From assembly GCA_945871895.1 (NCBI GenBank), contig CAMBXP010000001.1, positions 373-64,372 of the forward strand: a DNA stretch of 64,000 nucleotides. Reading direction: 5' to 3'. The translations under genes were made by a program, and so were the position numbers. The notes beneath the pieces are model-generated. The model saw nothing but the letters and a program-made list of their open reading frames with translations. It did no database searches and was not told where the DNA came from. Below, one piece after another: positions 49,875-59,495 of the stretch. The stretch's first letter is position 1, and each line of letters starts with the position of its first letter. Source of the DNA: Chryseobacterium gleum. Lineage in GTDB: Bacteria; Bacteroidota; Bacteroidia; Flavobacteriales_C; GCA-002722245.

Positions 49875-51233
49875 GTGAAGTATCTACTTTTTGTCTTTTG
49901 CCTTTTTACTTTTGCCTTTTCTTTAATGGCCGACCATTACTTAGGCGCTACTATTTCCTATAAATCTTTGGGCAATAGGACTTTTGAGGTGACGATTACT
50001 GCCTTTCAAGATGAAGATCATCCCGCCAGCGATAAAGATGCAATAACCTTATTCTGGGGTGATAATACTTCATCTTTAGTGAGTAGAATTAATGGTTCTG
50101 GAAATGGTGTGCTGATCAATCCCGATATTCGAAAAAGTGTTTTTGTGGGCACACACCAATATACTTCTGATGGAAACTTTAAAATGTACGTTTCAGAGAG
50201 TTACCGCCATGCAAGTATTCTAAATATAGCTGGCGGCCAATCGGCAACAACCAAGCTTTATGTTGATGCCATTGTGCCTGTGTATAGCGACCCTAACATT
50301 TGTGCAAACAATTCGGTACAGTACCAGCTCGACCCCATTTTTTACGCCAACAAGAATTTAGAATATTCGGCCAATGTAGGAGCTTTCGACCCCGATGGTG
50401 ATAGTTTGGTTTTTGAGTTGGGGGAGAGCAGGGGCGCAAATGGAATACGAGCAAACAATTATTTTGTGCCGTCGGGAGCAACTATCAATGCTCTAACAGG
50501 CACACTAACTTGGACCGTTCCATTCACCGGCGATTACAGTTTTTGTATTTTGGTTCATGAGTTCCGTGCAGGCAAGAAAATAGGTATTACTTCAAGTGAT
50601 TTCTTGGTAAAAGCAGGAGCTAATTTTGTAGTAAATCCTGTGTTTACGGGCTTAGATGTTCATCATTTAAATGAAGGAGATGCTTTGCATTATCCAGCTG
50701 AAATTGATTATCCTTCTGCTAGCAATTTAAGTTACACTTTTTGGAATAGTACTTTTGGCGGTGTTTCTCAAAAACAGTTGGTAGGAGCTACGACTGCGAA
50801 AGATACTATCGACTGGGCCACCGCAGTAGGCGATGGAAAGAATGGCACTTATGTTTTTGTGCACCGTATTCAAAATAGTACTGGAGGTAAAATTTTAATT
50901 AAAGATTTTGCTGTTGCAGTTCATGTCTATGGCGATTTACCATTGAATTGCACTGTGCCCGATATTTCTGAAGTGGTGGATGTAGCGCCCGAGTTATTCG
51001 ATTTTTCGGTTTCGCCAACAATTTTCGAAGAGTCGGTGTGGATAAATGTAGGAACTTTAGAAGGTGCTGAAATTTACTTGTATGATATTCAAGGTAAATT
51101 AATGGAAAAATACAGCGATTTCACACAGAAAACTGTTCAGCTGGATCTTTCGTCATTGGCATCTGCCATGTACGTTTTGGTTTTGAACGTAAACAATAAA
51201 ACAATTTTAACGCAACGATTGATAAAGAAATAA
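49875..51233 (+). CDS. Secreted protein with a T9SS C-terminal sorting domain
   Basis: Signal peptide and a C-terminal about 80 aa (..IYLYDIQGKLMEKY...VLVLNVNNKTILTQRLIKK) typical of the Por_Secre_tail type A CTD. Confidence 0.7.
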   Translation: MKYLLFVFCLFTFAFSLMADHYLGATISYKSLGNRTFEVTITAFQDEDHPASDKDAITLFWGDNTSSLVSRINGSGNGVLINPDIRKSVFVGTHQYTSDGNFKMYVSESYRHASILNIAGGQSATTKLYVDAIVPVYSDPNICANNSVQYQLDPIFYANKNLEYSANVGAFDPDGDSLVFELGESRGANGIRANNYFVPSGATINALTGTLTWTVPFTGDYSFCILVHEFRAGKKIGITSSDFLVKAGANFVVNPVFTGLDVHHLNEGDALHYPAEIDYPSASNLSYTFWNSTFGGVSQKQLVGATTAKDTIDWATAVGDGKNGTYVFVHRIQNSTGGKILIKDFAVAVHVYGDLPLNCTVPDISEVVDVAPELFDFSVSPTIFEESVWINVGTLEGAEIYLYDIQGKLMEKYSDFTQKTVQLDLSSLASAMYVLVLNVNNKTILTQRLIKK

Positions 51234-51251
51234 CTTTCTCTTTTCACTAAT

Positions 51252-51420
51252 GCATCGCTAACTTCTCCCTCTTAGAGAAGAGGGGTGTGTAAATGCCTGT
51301 GAGTGGGAGGGAGATGGAATTTTTTTTTCATTACGCTTTATTTGTTATAACTATCCATCTCCCTGCAGCGCGCAATCCACATCGCACCCCTCTTCTCTCA
51401 GAGGGAGAAGTTAGTGATGC
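51252..51420. repeat. 169-bp MITE-like element with 36-bp terminal inverted repeats (2 mismatches); each arm is itself a hairpin
   Basis: gcatcgctaacttctccctcttagagaagaggggtg ... cacccctcttctctcagagggagaagttagtgatgc, with an internal pair gggagggagatgg/ccatctccctgc. Confidence 0.75.
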
Positions 51421-51484
51421 AACGCTGGAAAAACTTTGCTTGAAAAGCCGAATATTGCTCTTCCCAATATTTTAATTTATCATT

Positions 51485-52015
51485 GTGCCTATACAAAAAA
51501 TTATGGCCTTAATTAAAGCAGTAGAAGGAAAATCTCCTCAGTTTGGTAACGATTGTTATATCGCAGAAAACGCAACAATAGTAGGCGATGTAGTGTGTGG
51601 AGATCAATGCAGTTTTTGGTTCAATGCTGTGGTGCGTGGAGACGTGCATTACATCAAAATGGGTAATAAAGTTAATGTTCAAGATGGAGCTTGTATTCAC
51701 GCAACTTATCAAAAATGTCCCACCAATATTGGTAATAATGTATCCATAGGTCACCACGCTATAGTGCACGGCTGCACGGTAAAAGACAATGTTTTAATTG
51801 GCATGGGCGCCATCGTAATGGACAATTGCATTATCGGCGAAAACTCTATCATCGCCGCCGGGGCAGTGGTTACAGCAGGTACTATTGTTGAGCCTGGTTC
51901 TATCTTCGCAGGCGTTCCCGCTAAGTTCATCAAGAAAATTGATGAGCGTTTGCAAGAAGGAGAAATTAATAGAATCGCGAATAATTATGTGAAGTATAGT
52001 GGGTGGTTTAAATAA
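51485..52015 (+). CDS. Gamma-class carbonic anhydrase family (hexapeptide) protein
   Basis: LbH repeats with His ligands (HATY, HHAIVHG), as in the PaaY/YrdA family. Confidence 0.8.
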   Translation: MPIQKIMALIKAVEGKSPQFGNDCYIAENATIVGDVVCGDQCSFWFNAVVRGDVHYIKMGNKVNVQDGACIHATYQKCPTNIGNNVSIGHHAIVHGCTVKDNVLIGMGAIVMDNCIIGENSIIAAGAVVTAGTIVEPGSIFAGVPAKFIKKIDERLQEGEINRIANNYVKYSGWFK

Positions 52016-52017
52016 AC

Positions 52018-52373
52018 ACAGTAAGTCATTGCGAAAATCCGTCAGCTGACGGATGAAGCAATCTCATCATAGTATTCAATTCTTATTTGGGAAAAGAAGC
52101 TGAAAGCTTCAAGAAAAGATTCAGCAAAGTTACGCTAACGCTAAACTTAGCAGAGTTGAGGAGTTGAGGAAAAAAAGCTGAAAGCTTCAAGAAAAGATTC
52201 AGCAAAGTTACGCTAACGCTAAACTTAGCAGAGTTGAGGGAAGCAATCTCATTTTATAGAATATTCTTCAAATCAATTGCCGTTTGGTTTTAACCAACGG
52301 TAAAAGATAAAATTATTTATGATAAGTTTGCTTCATCCGTCAGCCGACAGATCTTCGCAATGACGAACTGGGT
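52018..52373. repeat. About 356-bp MITE-like element of the GTCATTGCGAA family, with an internal 64-bp tandem duplication (period 78)
   Basis: Termini cacagtaagtcattgcgaaaatccgtcagctgacggatgaagcaatc / gcttcatccgtcagccgacagatcttcgcaatgacgaactggg. Internal units at 52097-52160 and 52175-52238. Confidence 0.8.
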
Positions 52374-52401
52374 ATTTGATGTGTGAAATTCGGAAATCTA
52401 C

Positions 52402-53217
52402 TTACCGCCACAAATCCACCTCCTTCAGCTTCACTTTTCCACTAAAAAATATCTTAGTTGATTCTTCGAAAGATTGCGTGTAATCGGAAACGTAGAATTC
52501 ATGTTTCGGGTTGGATTTTTTAGAAAGCAGTTTTTGTTCTTTTAGAGAATCTTTTACTGCGTTGGCAACGATATCGGCGCTATTGAGAATTTTAACTTTT
52601 TGCTTTTTCTTTTTGTAAACTGCCTCAATCTCTTTTTGAATTAGCGGGTAGTGGGTGCAGCCTAAAATTAATGCGTCGATATTTTTGAGTGAGCTTTTAT
52701 CGAGGTAAGCAGAGATAATGGTTTTGCTAATGTTGTTATTGAAAAATCCTTCTTCAATCATTGGCGCCAACAATGGAGTAGCCAATGAGTTGGTTGTGAT
52801 TTTTGAATTGGCTTTGGCGATTGATTTTGGATACACACGTGAGTTGATGGTTCCTTTGGTGCCAATTAAGCCTATGGTTGACTTATTGAAGTGTGAAGTA
52901 ACATAATCTACCACCGGGTCGATTACGTTGATTACAGCAATGTTTTGAACGTGTTCTGCGGTTGATTTGCGCGCTGCTGCCGAGGCAGTATTGCAAGCGA
53001 TTACGATAATTTTACATTTTTTCGATAGCAAGAAATCGGAAATTTTCTCAGAATAAAACTGAATAGCACTTGCCGATTTATCTCCGTAAGGAACGTGTGC
53101 CGTATCGCCAAAGTAAATCAACTTCTCATTGGGCAATAGCTTTTGTATGGCAGAAGCTACGGTGAGTCCGCCAATGCCCGAATCAAAAATTCCTATGGCT
53201 TGTTCTGGTTTTGACAT
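52402..53217 (-). CDS. murI: Glutamate racemase
   Basis: IGIFDSGIGGLTV N-terminal motif and a second-Cys motif in ILGCTHYP. Confidence 0.9.
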   Translation of the reverse strand: MSKPEQAIGIFDSGIGGLTVASAIQKLLPNEKLIYFGDTAHVPYGDKSASAIQFYSEKISDFLLSKKCKIIVIACNTASAAARKSTAEHVQNIAVINVIDPVVDYVTSHFNKSTIGLIGTKGTINSRVYPKSIAKANSKITTNSLATPLLAPMIEEGFFNNNISKTIISAYLDKSSLKNIDALILGCTHYPLIQKEIEAVYKKKKQKVKILNSADIVANAVKDSLKEQKLLSKKSNPKHEFYVSDYTQSFEESTKIFFSGKVKLKEVDLWR

Positions 53218-53252
53218 AAAAAAGTCCCGAATTTCTGCGGGACTGATTTAAA

Positions 53253-53795
53253 TTATTTTGCTTTTGGTGCAGTTGCAGTTTTAATAACAATGCCCAATTC
53301 TTTTTTAACTAATTCGGTAATGTCAGTTCCACTTGTAGTATCTACATACAATAAAGTGCTAGAATCAACTACGTAAGTGTATAAATTCGCTTTTGCTACT
53401 TTCTCTATTGCTGCTTTTACTTTCTTTTGCAAAGGCTCAAACAATGTAACTTGCTCTTCTTGTAATTTAGCATCTGCTGCTTGAGAGAATTGAGCAAACT
53501 CTTGTTCTTTTGATTGCAACATACCTGCTTCCATTTCAAGTTGACTCGGACTCAAAGTAGCTTTCTTAGTTTCCAAAGCTTGAGCCGCTGTCATGTATTC
53601 AGTTTTCATTTTTTCTAATGTTGTTCTAAAGTATTCTTCATCTTCTCTAATACGCATTTCTACTGTATCTCTTTCTGGCATGGTTAAGAAAATATCGTTG
53701 GTATTTACGTAGCCGAATTTCATTTTCTGTGCAAAAGAAGCAGCACTCATCACAGTCACAAATGCAAGAATTAAAAGGGTTTTTGAATTTTTCAT
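53253..53795 (-). CDS. OmpH/Skp-family periplasmic chaperone
   Basis: Signal peptide and a coiled-coil-rich Skp-like sequence. It is tandem with a paralogue. Confidence 0.8.
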   Translation of the reverse strand: MKNSKTLLILAFVTVMSAASFAQKMKFGYVNTNDIFLTMPERDTVEMRIREDEEYFRTTLEKMKTEYMTAAQALETKKATLSPSQLEMEAGMLQSKEQEFAQFSQAADAKLQEEQVTLFEPLQKKVKAAIEKVAKANLYTYVVDSSTLLYVDTTSGTDITELVKKELGIVIKTATAPKAK

Positions 53796-53810
53796 GGTTA
53801 GATTTATTGA

Positions 53811-54329
53811 TTAATTAGAATATCCTAGTTGTTTTAAAATGTCGTTGCTAATTTCATTTTTAGCATTTACATAAAGCACAGAAACTTCTCCTGCTTTGTC
53901 GATGATTACAGCGTATCCTTTGCTGTCGGCATAATCTTTAATGGCTTTGTAAACTTTGTCTTGAATGGGTTTTACCAATTTTTCTCTTTGTTTAAAAAGC
54001 TCGCCTTCCTTGCCGAAATATTTGTTTTGCATTTCTTTCAATTCTTGCTCGGCTTTGGCAATATCTTGCTCTTTTTTCACTTTCATTTCTGCCGACAAAA
54101 GGATTTTATCGGCTTCGTAGTTTTTGTACTGCTGGTCGATGCTGTTTTTTTTGGCTTCAATTTCTTTCTGCCAATCGGTGGCCATTTGTTTTAAAGAGGT
54201 TTCTGCCGTAGTGTAATCGGGTATTTTGCTGAAAATGTATTTGCTATCAATACAACCAACCTTCTGCGCGCTTTGCGCTGCAAGGATTAAGCTGCTGCTT
54301 AAAAAGAGTATGATGAATAAACTTCTCAT
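53811..54329 (-). CDS. OmpH/Skp-family periplasmic chaperone
   Basis: Paralogue of the previous gene, sitting in the conserved position downstream of bamA. Confidence 0.8.
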   Translation of the reverse strand: MRSLFIILFLSSSLILAAQSAQKVGCIDSKYIFSKIPDYTTAETSLKQMATDWQKEIEAKKNSIDQQYKNYEADKILLSAEMKVKKEQDIAKAEQELKEMQNKYFGKEGELFKQREKLVKPIQDKVYKAIKDYADSKGYAVIIDKAGEVSVLYVNAKNEISNDILKQLGYSN

Positions 54330-54395
54330 GTATTGAATTACGAATTTATAAATTTAAATGCAGAATTATTCATGTCTTTGCAAATGCTGTTCCAA

Positions 54396-56849
54396 CTACC
54401 AACCACTCATACTCGCGCCTAGCATAAAAGTAGGTTGCCATTTCGGATTTGGTAAATTATCGAAGCCGTAACCTATATCAAAGCCAAGTAAGCCAAACAT
54501 TGGCATGAACACTCTAACACCAACGCCAGCTGTCTTACGGGCTTCAAACGGACTCAATTTTCGTACTTCGCTCCATCCTCGACCGGCCTCCATAAATGCC
54601 AAACCGTAAATCGTAGCGCTTGGATTTAACGAAACAGGGTAACGCAATTCCATAGTGTATTTAGCTGCAGCTACGGCTCCATTACTTGGCGTTACGCCAT
54701 TAGATCCATGATCGTCGGTATAGCCTCTTAATGCAATAATTTCTCGACCATCGATAGAAAAGGTCATCGGACTGCCACCTAAATAAAATCTTTCGAATAA
54801 AGTATAATCAGCTGCGCTGTTGTACCTTCCCAAAACCCCAAAATTCACTTTGGTGTACAATACCAAATTGCCAAATACTTTATTGTACCACTCGGCTTGA
54901 ACTTTCATTTTGTAGTACTCAATTAAGTTGCTTTTTGATATTTGATCGGCAGTCATAAAATTGCTGTAAGGCAAAGTTCCTTGCAAGGTTAACGTAACAT
55001 TAGAGCCGCTTCTTGGATAAATAGGCTGATCTATGGAGTTTCTAGATAGTATTAACCTTCCGAAGTAAGCATTGTACTGCCCGTCGGGAATTTGTGATGA
55101 ACCAAAATTATAATTTGAAATATTATAATGTTGGTAAGTTCCAATTAAGTTAAGGTTGAAGAAGTCATCTGGCCATTTTAAGCGCATGCCATAACCAGCG
55201 GAACCAGTAGTGGAGTGGTAAAAACCTGTTATTTCACCATTAATAGTGTTGCTACTTAGATTGGCTAAGCGTGAATGCGAAAAAGACAAGCTTAAAGAAT
55301 TTGGTTTTTTACCACCCAACCAGGGTTCTATGAATGAAGCGTTGTAGCTTTGGTACTGCAAACCTGTTGATTGCGCACGAATACTAAATGTTTGTCCGTC
55401 ACCAGAAGGTAGGGGAGTCCAAGATTTTCTATCCAACATTCTTTTTGTAGAGAAATTGTTGAACGATAAACCTAAAGTACCTACTAGTCTGCCGCCACCA
55501 TAACCAGCGGACAGTTCTACTTGATCGGAAGGTTGTTCTTCAACAATATATTCGATATCAACTGTTCCATCGGCTGCATTGGGCTTAGGATTCACCGACA
55601 TTTTTTCGGGGTTGAAATATTTCAATTGTGCTAACTCACGCTGAGAACGAATGATATCAGAACGACGAAATAAATCTCCTGGCTTGGTTCTAATTTCGCG
55701 CATTACCACATAGTCGCTGGTTTTGGTATTTCCTATCAAAGTAACGCGATTGATACGCGCTTGTTTTCCTTCGTAAATGCGAATTTCAATGTCGATACTA
55801 TCGCCTTCAATTTTAATTTCTTTTGGGTTTACGTTGAAGAAAAGGTAGCCATCATCCAAGTAAAGAGAACTTACATCTTGTCCGTTAGCATCCATCATCA
55901 AACGCGCATTCAAAGTCTGCATATTATAAACATCACCACGATTGATGTTTAAAATTCGGTTGAGCTCTTCGGCGCTGTATTTGGTGTTTCCTACCCAACT
56001 AATGTGGCGGAAATAGAATTTATCGCCTTCATCTACACGAATACCAATCAATTTTCTGTTGTCCTTTAATTTTGAAACGCTATCTGCGACTATTCGTGCA
56101 TCTCTAAATCCTTTTTCGTTGTAGGCATTCACTATAGCAGCCAAATCATTATTGTAATCTTTTTCATTGAAAGCACCGTCTTTAAACACATTCCACCATC
56201 GGTAGCGCTTGGTTTCTTTCATTAATTTGCGCAATTTTCTTTCGCTAAGGGCATAATTGCCATAGAATTTGATGTCTTGAATACGTACTTTTTTCCCTTT
56301 GTCGATGATGATTTTAAGGTTTACGCGCTTGCTGTCTATAGAGTCGGCACTCTCTTCCATTTTCACGGTGCAGTTGGCTCTTCCTTTTTCTTCGTAATAT
56401 TTTTTAATGGTGTTTTCGGTGAAGTTGAGAAGGTTCTTGGTAATGGGCTTATCTTTCTGAATACTTATTTTTTCGCGAATTTCTTTTTTGTGGTTTTTGC
56501 TTACGCCAACTATACTATATTTATTCAATCGAGGGCGCTCTTTTACAACGATAATTAGTGTTATTTTCTCTTCATTTAAATCGGCATATTTTATTTGAAC
56601 ATCATCAAACATTCCTTGTGCCCAAATCTTTTTGATGGCGTTGGCAGCTTGCTCACCTGGCCAGCGAAATTTGCCGCCTCTTTCCAATCCCGACCAAGAT
56701 ATGATGGTATATTCTTCTGAAGTTGCGTTACCTTCTACTCTTATGTTGTCAATGGTGTATTCGCGTGGAGCAAGAATAGACGGAACATCAAGTTGTGCTG
56801 CTACAGAAATAGAAAAAAGGAAAAAGATAAGAAGCTGGAGGTATTTCAT
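54396..56849 (-). CDS. bamA: Outer-membrane protein assembly factor BamA (POTRA repeats and Omp85 barrel)
   Basis: 817 aa with a signal peptide, POTRA-like repeats and a C-terminal barrel ending in an aromatic residue (MSGW). Confidence 0.9.
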   Translation of the reverse strand: MKYLQLLIFFLFSISVAAQLDVPSILAPREYTIDNIRVEGNATSEEYTIISWSGLERGGKFRWPGEQAANAIKKIWAQGMFDDVQIKYADLNEEKITLIIVVKERPRLNKYSIVGVSKNHKKEIREKISIQKDKPITKNLLNFTENTIKKYYEEKGRANCTVKMEESADSIDSKRVNLKIIIDKGKKVRIQDIKFYGNYALSERKLRKLMKETKRYRWWNVFKDGAFNEKDYNNDLAAIVNAYNEKGFRDARIVADSVSKLKDNRKLIGIRVDEGDKFYFRHISWVGNTKYSAEELNRILNINRGDVYNMQTLNARLMMDANGQDVSSLYLDDGYLFFNVNPKEIKIEGDSIDIEIRIYEGKQARINRVTLIGNTKTSDYVVMREIRTKPGDLFRRSDIIRSQRELAQLKYFNPEKMSVNPKPNAADGTVDIEYIVEEQPSDQVELSAGYGGGRLVGTLGLSFNNFSTKRMLDRKSWTPLPSGDGQTFSIRAQSTGLQYQSYNASFIEPWLGGKKPNSLSLSFSHSRLANLSSNTINGEITGFYHSTTGSAGYGMRLKWPDDFFNLNLIGTYQHYNISNYNFGSSQIPDGQYNAYFGRLILSRNSIDQPIYPRSGSNVTLTLQGTLPYSNFMTADQISKSNLIEYYKMKVQAEWYNKVFGNLVLYTKVNFGVLGRYNSAADYTLFERFYLGGSPMTFSIDGREIIALRGYTDDHGSNGVTPSNGAVAAAKYTMELRYPVSLNPSATIYGLAFMEAGRGWSEVRKLSPFEARKTAGVGVRVFMPMFGLLGFDIGYGFDNLPNPKWQPTFMLGASMSGW

Positions 56850-56850
56850 G

Positions 56851-57594
56851 TTATGAAGTAATTTGTTCGCTGGTCATACCAAAGCGGCGCTCGCGATGTT
56901 GGTAGCTTATGATGGCTTTAAAGAAATCTTCTTCTCTGAAATCGGGCCACAGTGTTTCGGTAAAATACAATTCTGCATAAGCCAATTGCCATAGCAAGAA
57001 GTTGCTAATTCTTTGCTCACCACTGGTGCGAATCATCAACTCTGGATCGGGAAAATGTTTGGTACTTAAATAGGTGCTTAGGGTACCCTCAGTGATTTTA
57101 TCTGCCGAAATTTTACCAGCAACGGCATCTTTTGCAATTTGCTTGATAGCCTCGGTAATCTCAAATTTAGAGCTGTAACTTAATGCCAAGATCAAATTGA
57201 GTTTAGAGTTTTTACTGGTATTGTCGATGGCTTCTTGCAATTTATTCTGGCACTTTTTAGGAAGAGATTCAATGTTTCCGATGGCGTGCAAACGGATATT
57301 GTTTTCGTTTAGTGTTTTGGTCTCACTATTTATGGTATCCACTAGTAATTCCATTAGCGCATTTACTTCTGCTTGCGGTCGGCTCCAGTTTTCTGTGGAA
57401 AAAGCGTAAAGTGTTAGGTTTTCAACTCCACTTTTTACAGCAGCTTCTAGTGAAGCGCGCACCGCTTTAACGCCATTTTTATGGCCAAATACGCGCATCA
57501 TTCCTTGTTTCTTAGCCCAACGTCCATTTCCATCCATTATGATGGCTACATGTTTAGGTACGTTATTTTTATCAATTTTTTCTAGCAAAGACAT
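56851..57594 (-). CDS. uppS: Isoprenyl transferase (undecaprenyl-diphosphate synthase)
   Basis: HVAIIMDGNGRWA and ENWSRP cis-prenyltransferase motifs. Confidence 0.9.
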   Translation of the reverse strand: MSLLEKIDKNNVPKHVAIIMDGNGRWAKKQGMMRVFGHKNGVKAVRASLEAAVKSGVENLTLYAFSTENWSRPQAEVNALMELLVDTINSETKTLNENNIRLHAIGNIESLPKKCQNKLQEAIDNTSKNSKLNLILALSYSSKFEITEAIKQIAKDAVAGKISADKITEGTLSTYLSTKHFPDPELMIRTSGEQRISNFLLWQLAYAELYFTETLWPDFREEDFFKAIISYQHRERRFGMTSEQITS

Positions 57595-57674
57595 TAATTC
57601 TCAGGCTTTTTAAAGAGGTGTAAATGTAGTTTTTTTTTCTCAAAGCTTAATAAATTAATGCTTTTTTGCGTGTT

Positions 57675-58475
57675 TTAAAAAACCCGACAAATCTCTTCTT
57701 TGCTTAGTTTGTAAGAGATGGTGAAACCAGTGAAAACATAGAGGTCTTTTCTTGTGGAGTCGCCACGTTGTTTGCCCGCTATTTTTTGAAGAGGAATTCC
57801 GGTTTTATTCGACATGTTTTCGGCCTCTGTAGAAATTTCTCCTGGGTTAGGGTAGTTGGTGCTTATATCGTCTATATAATCAGTGAAGGTTTTTCTAATG
57901 CCCCATTCAGCGCTAAAGCCCAATCGGCCCCATTTCATTTTGAGTCCCAAACCAACAGGTATCGCTATTTGGTGCAAAGAATAATCTATTCCTTCTGTTT
58001 GCAAGGGCTCAAGATTTATGAATGTTCCACCACTATTGGCTTGCGGATTGAAATAAAAGTAGTTGAGTCCGCCAAATACAAAAGGAGTTATTTTTCTTTT
58101 TATACTTTTCATCAATGCAAATTCATAGAAATTGAATTCCAATTGTCCGCCTACCTCAAATATGGGCGATGTAAATGACAAATTTCTTTGTTTTTCGAAT
58201 GTGTTTGATGAATAAGCATCGTATCCTTTTATTTCGTTGTAATTGATGAATGCGCGAAGGGAATAGTGACTATTGAGGGCATATCTGTAAAATATACCTC
58301 CTGCGGGTTGCATCAGTTGGATAGGGAAATGATAGCGATTTAATTCCCCTATGTAGTATCCTACGCCCCCAAATAATCCTATTTCTGAATAAGGATTTAT
58401 GTTGGTGTTTGCTACACTCGAGAAGCTAATAAAAGTAAGAGAAAATGAAGCTAATAATTTTCGAATAAGATTCAT
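57675..58475 (-). CDS. Outer-membrane beta-barrel protein (DUF6089-like)
   Basis: Signal peptide and a beta-strand pattern ending ..ISYKL. It has a paralogue immediately upstream. Confidence 0.5.
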   Translation of the reverse strand: MNLIRKLLASFSLTFISFSSVANTNINPYSEIGLFGGVGYYIGELNRYHFPIQLMQPAGGIFYRYALNSHYSLRAFINYNEIKGYDAYSSNTFEKQRNLSFTSPIFEVGGQLEFNFYEFALMKSIKRKITPFVFGGLNYFYFNPQANSGGTFINLEPLQTEGIDYSLHQIAIPVGLGLKMKWGRLGFSAEWGIRKTFTDYIDDISTNYPNPGEISTEAENMSNKTGIPLQKIAGKQRGDSTRKDLYVFTGFTISYKLSKEEICRVF

Positions 58476-58531
58476 TATACTAGATTATTGCTTATGAACG
58501 CAGAGTGATTAATCAAATTGCCTTTTAGCAA

Positions 58532-59461
58532 TTAGAAACGAACCCTACCATCTCTACCGGTTTTAAGCTTGTAGCTTACGGTTATGGTTAAGAAGCCATA
58601 GCTGTCTTTGTCGGTGGGGTCTCCTCGTTGTTGTCCGGCAACATAGTTTTCATTGGTGCCTTTATTCGGATCTGCTAAATATGCTGCTGGAGCCCCTTTA
58701 TAAGCTTCTATAGTTGCGTTATCGAAATAAGTGGTGCTAACGCCATCCATATAATCGGTAAAAGTTTTTCTTTGCCCGTATTCAAGACCAAACATCCATC
58801 TTTTACTTCCAGCAAAGGCTTTTCTAAAACCAAAACCGTAAGGAATAGCTAAACTTACCGGACTAAAAGGTTTTCGAGTTGCAATGATTTCCTGACCTTC
58901 GGTGTTTAATGGACGGATATTGTGCCAGTTCCCACTTTCATCTTTACCTTGTGGGTTGTGGTAAAAAGCAGCAGCGCCAATAAACAAATACGGGTAGATA
59001 CCTGCATTTTTAAGACCTCTAATTTTTTTTAATTTATAAATATGACCAGCTTTTTCTTTTACAAAATAGAACTCATATCTAGCGCCCAACTCAAATACAT
59101 TTGATCTGAATTGAAACTGTCTGTCCATTCTATATGCCCAAGCAGTTGTTCTATCATCTCCAGACAGCATTCCCCATTGAAAACCAACCATTACAGCGTG
59201 TCTTGGGTGTAGCTTGTATCGTCCGCCTAAAAATGCAGTTGGACGCGTCATATTCGTTTCAAAGTCTTTGTAGTAATCTGTACCAATCTGATCGGCACCC
59301 CCAAGGTCCCCCAAGAAGTTGGTTGTTCCTGCGCCAAATGTAATTTCGGCTCTTAATCGTTTCCAAGCAGAATAGGATTGAGCGTGAGAACTTGCTGTAA
59401 TTAGCATTAGTCCTAAGAAAGCGATGCAATATTTCATTAGATTTATTTTCACTAGATGCAA
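58532..59461 (-). CDS. Outer-membrane beta-barrel protein (DUF6089-like paralogue)
   Basis: Shares a TFTDYMD/TDYIDD motif and a C-terminal ..TVSYKL with the previous gene. Confidence 0.5.
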   Translation of the reverse strand: MHLVKINLMKYCIAFLGLMLITASSHAQSYSAWKRLRAEITFGAGTTNFLGDLGGADQIGTDYYKDFETNMTRPTAFLGGRYKLHPRHAVMVGFQWGMLSGDDRTTAWAYRMDRQFQFRSNVFELGARYEFYFVKEKAGHIYKLKKIRGLKNAGIYPYLFIGAAAFYHNPQGKDESGNWHNIRPLNTEGQEIIATRKPFSPVSLAIPYGFGFRKAFAGSKRWMFGLEYGQRKTFTDYMDGVSTTYFDNATIEAYKGAPAAYLADPNKGTNENYVAGQQRGDPTDKDSYGFLTITVSYKLKTGRDGRVRF

Positions 59462-59495
59462 ATATAAATAAAATATGCAATTAAAGAAACTAAAA

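Noticed and set aside
51293-51475. 60-aa plus-strand ORF (MPVSGREMEFFF...)
   Set aside because: It lies entirely within the 169-bp palindromic MITE-like element and its flank. The reading frame is a by-product of the inverted repeats.
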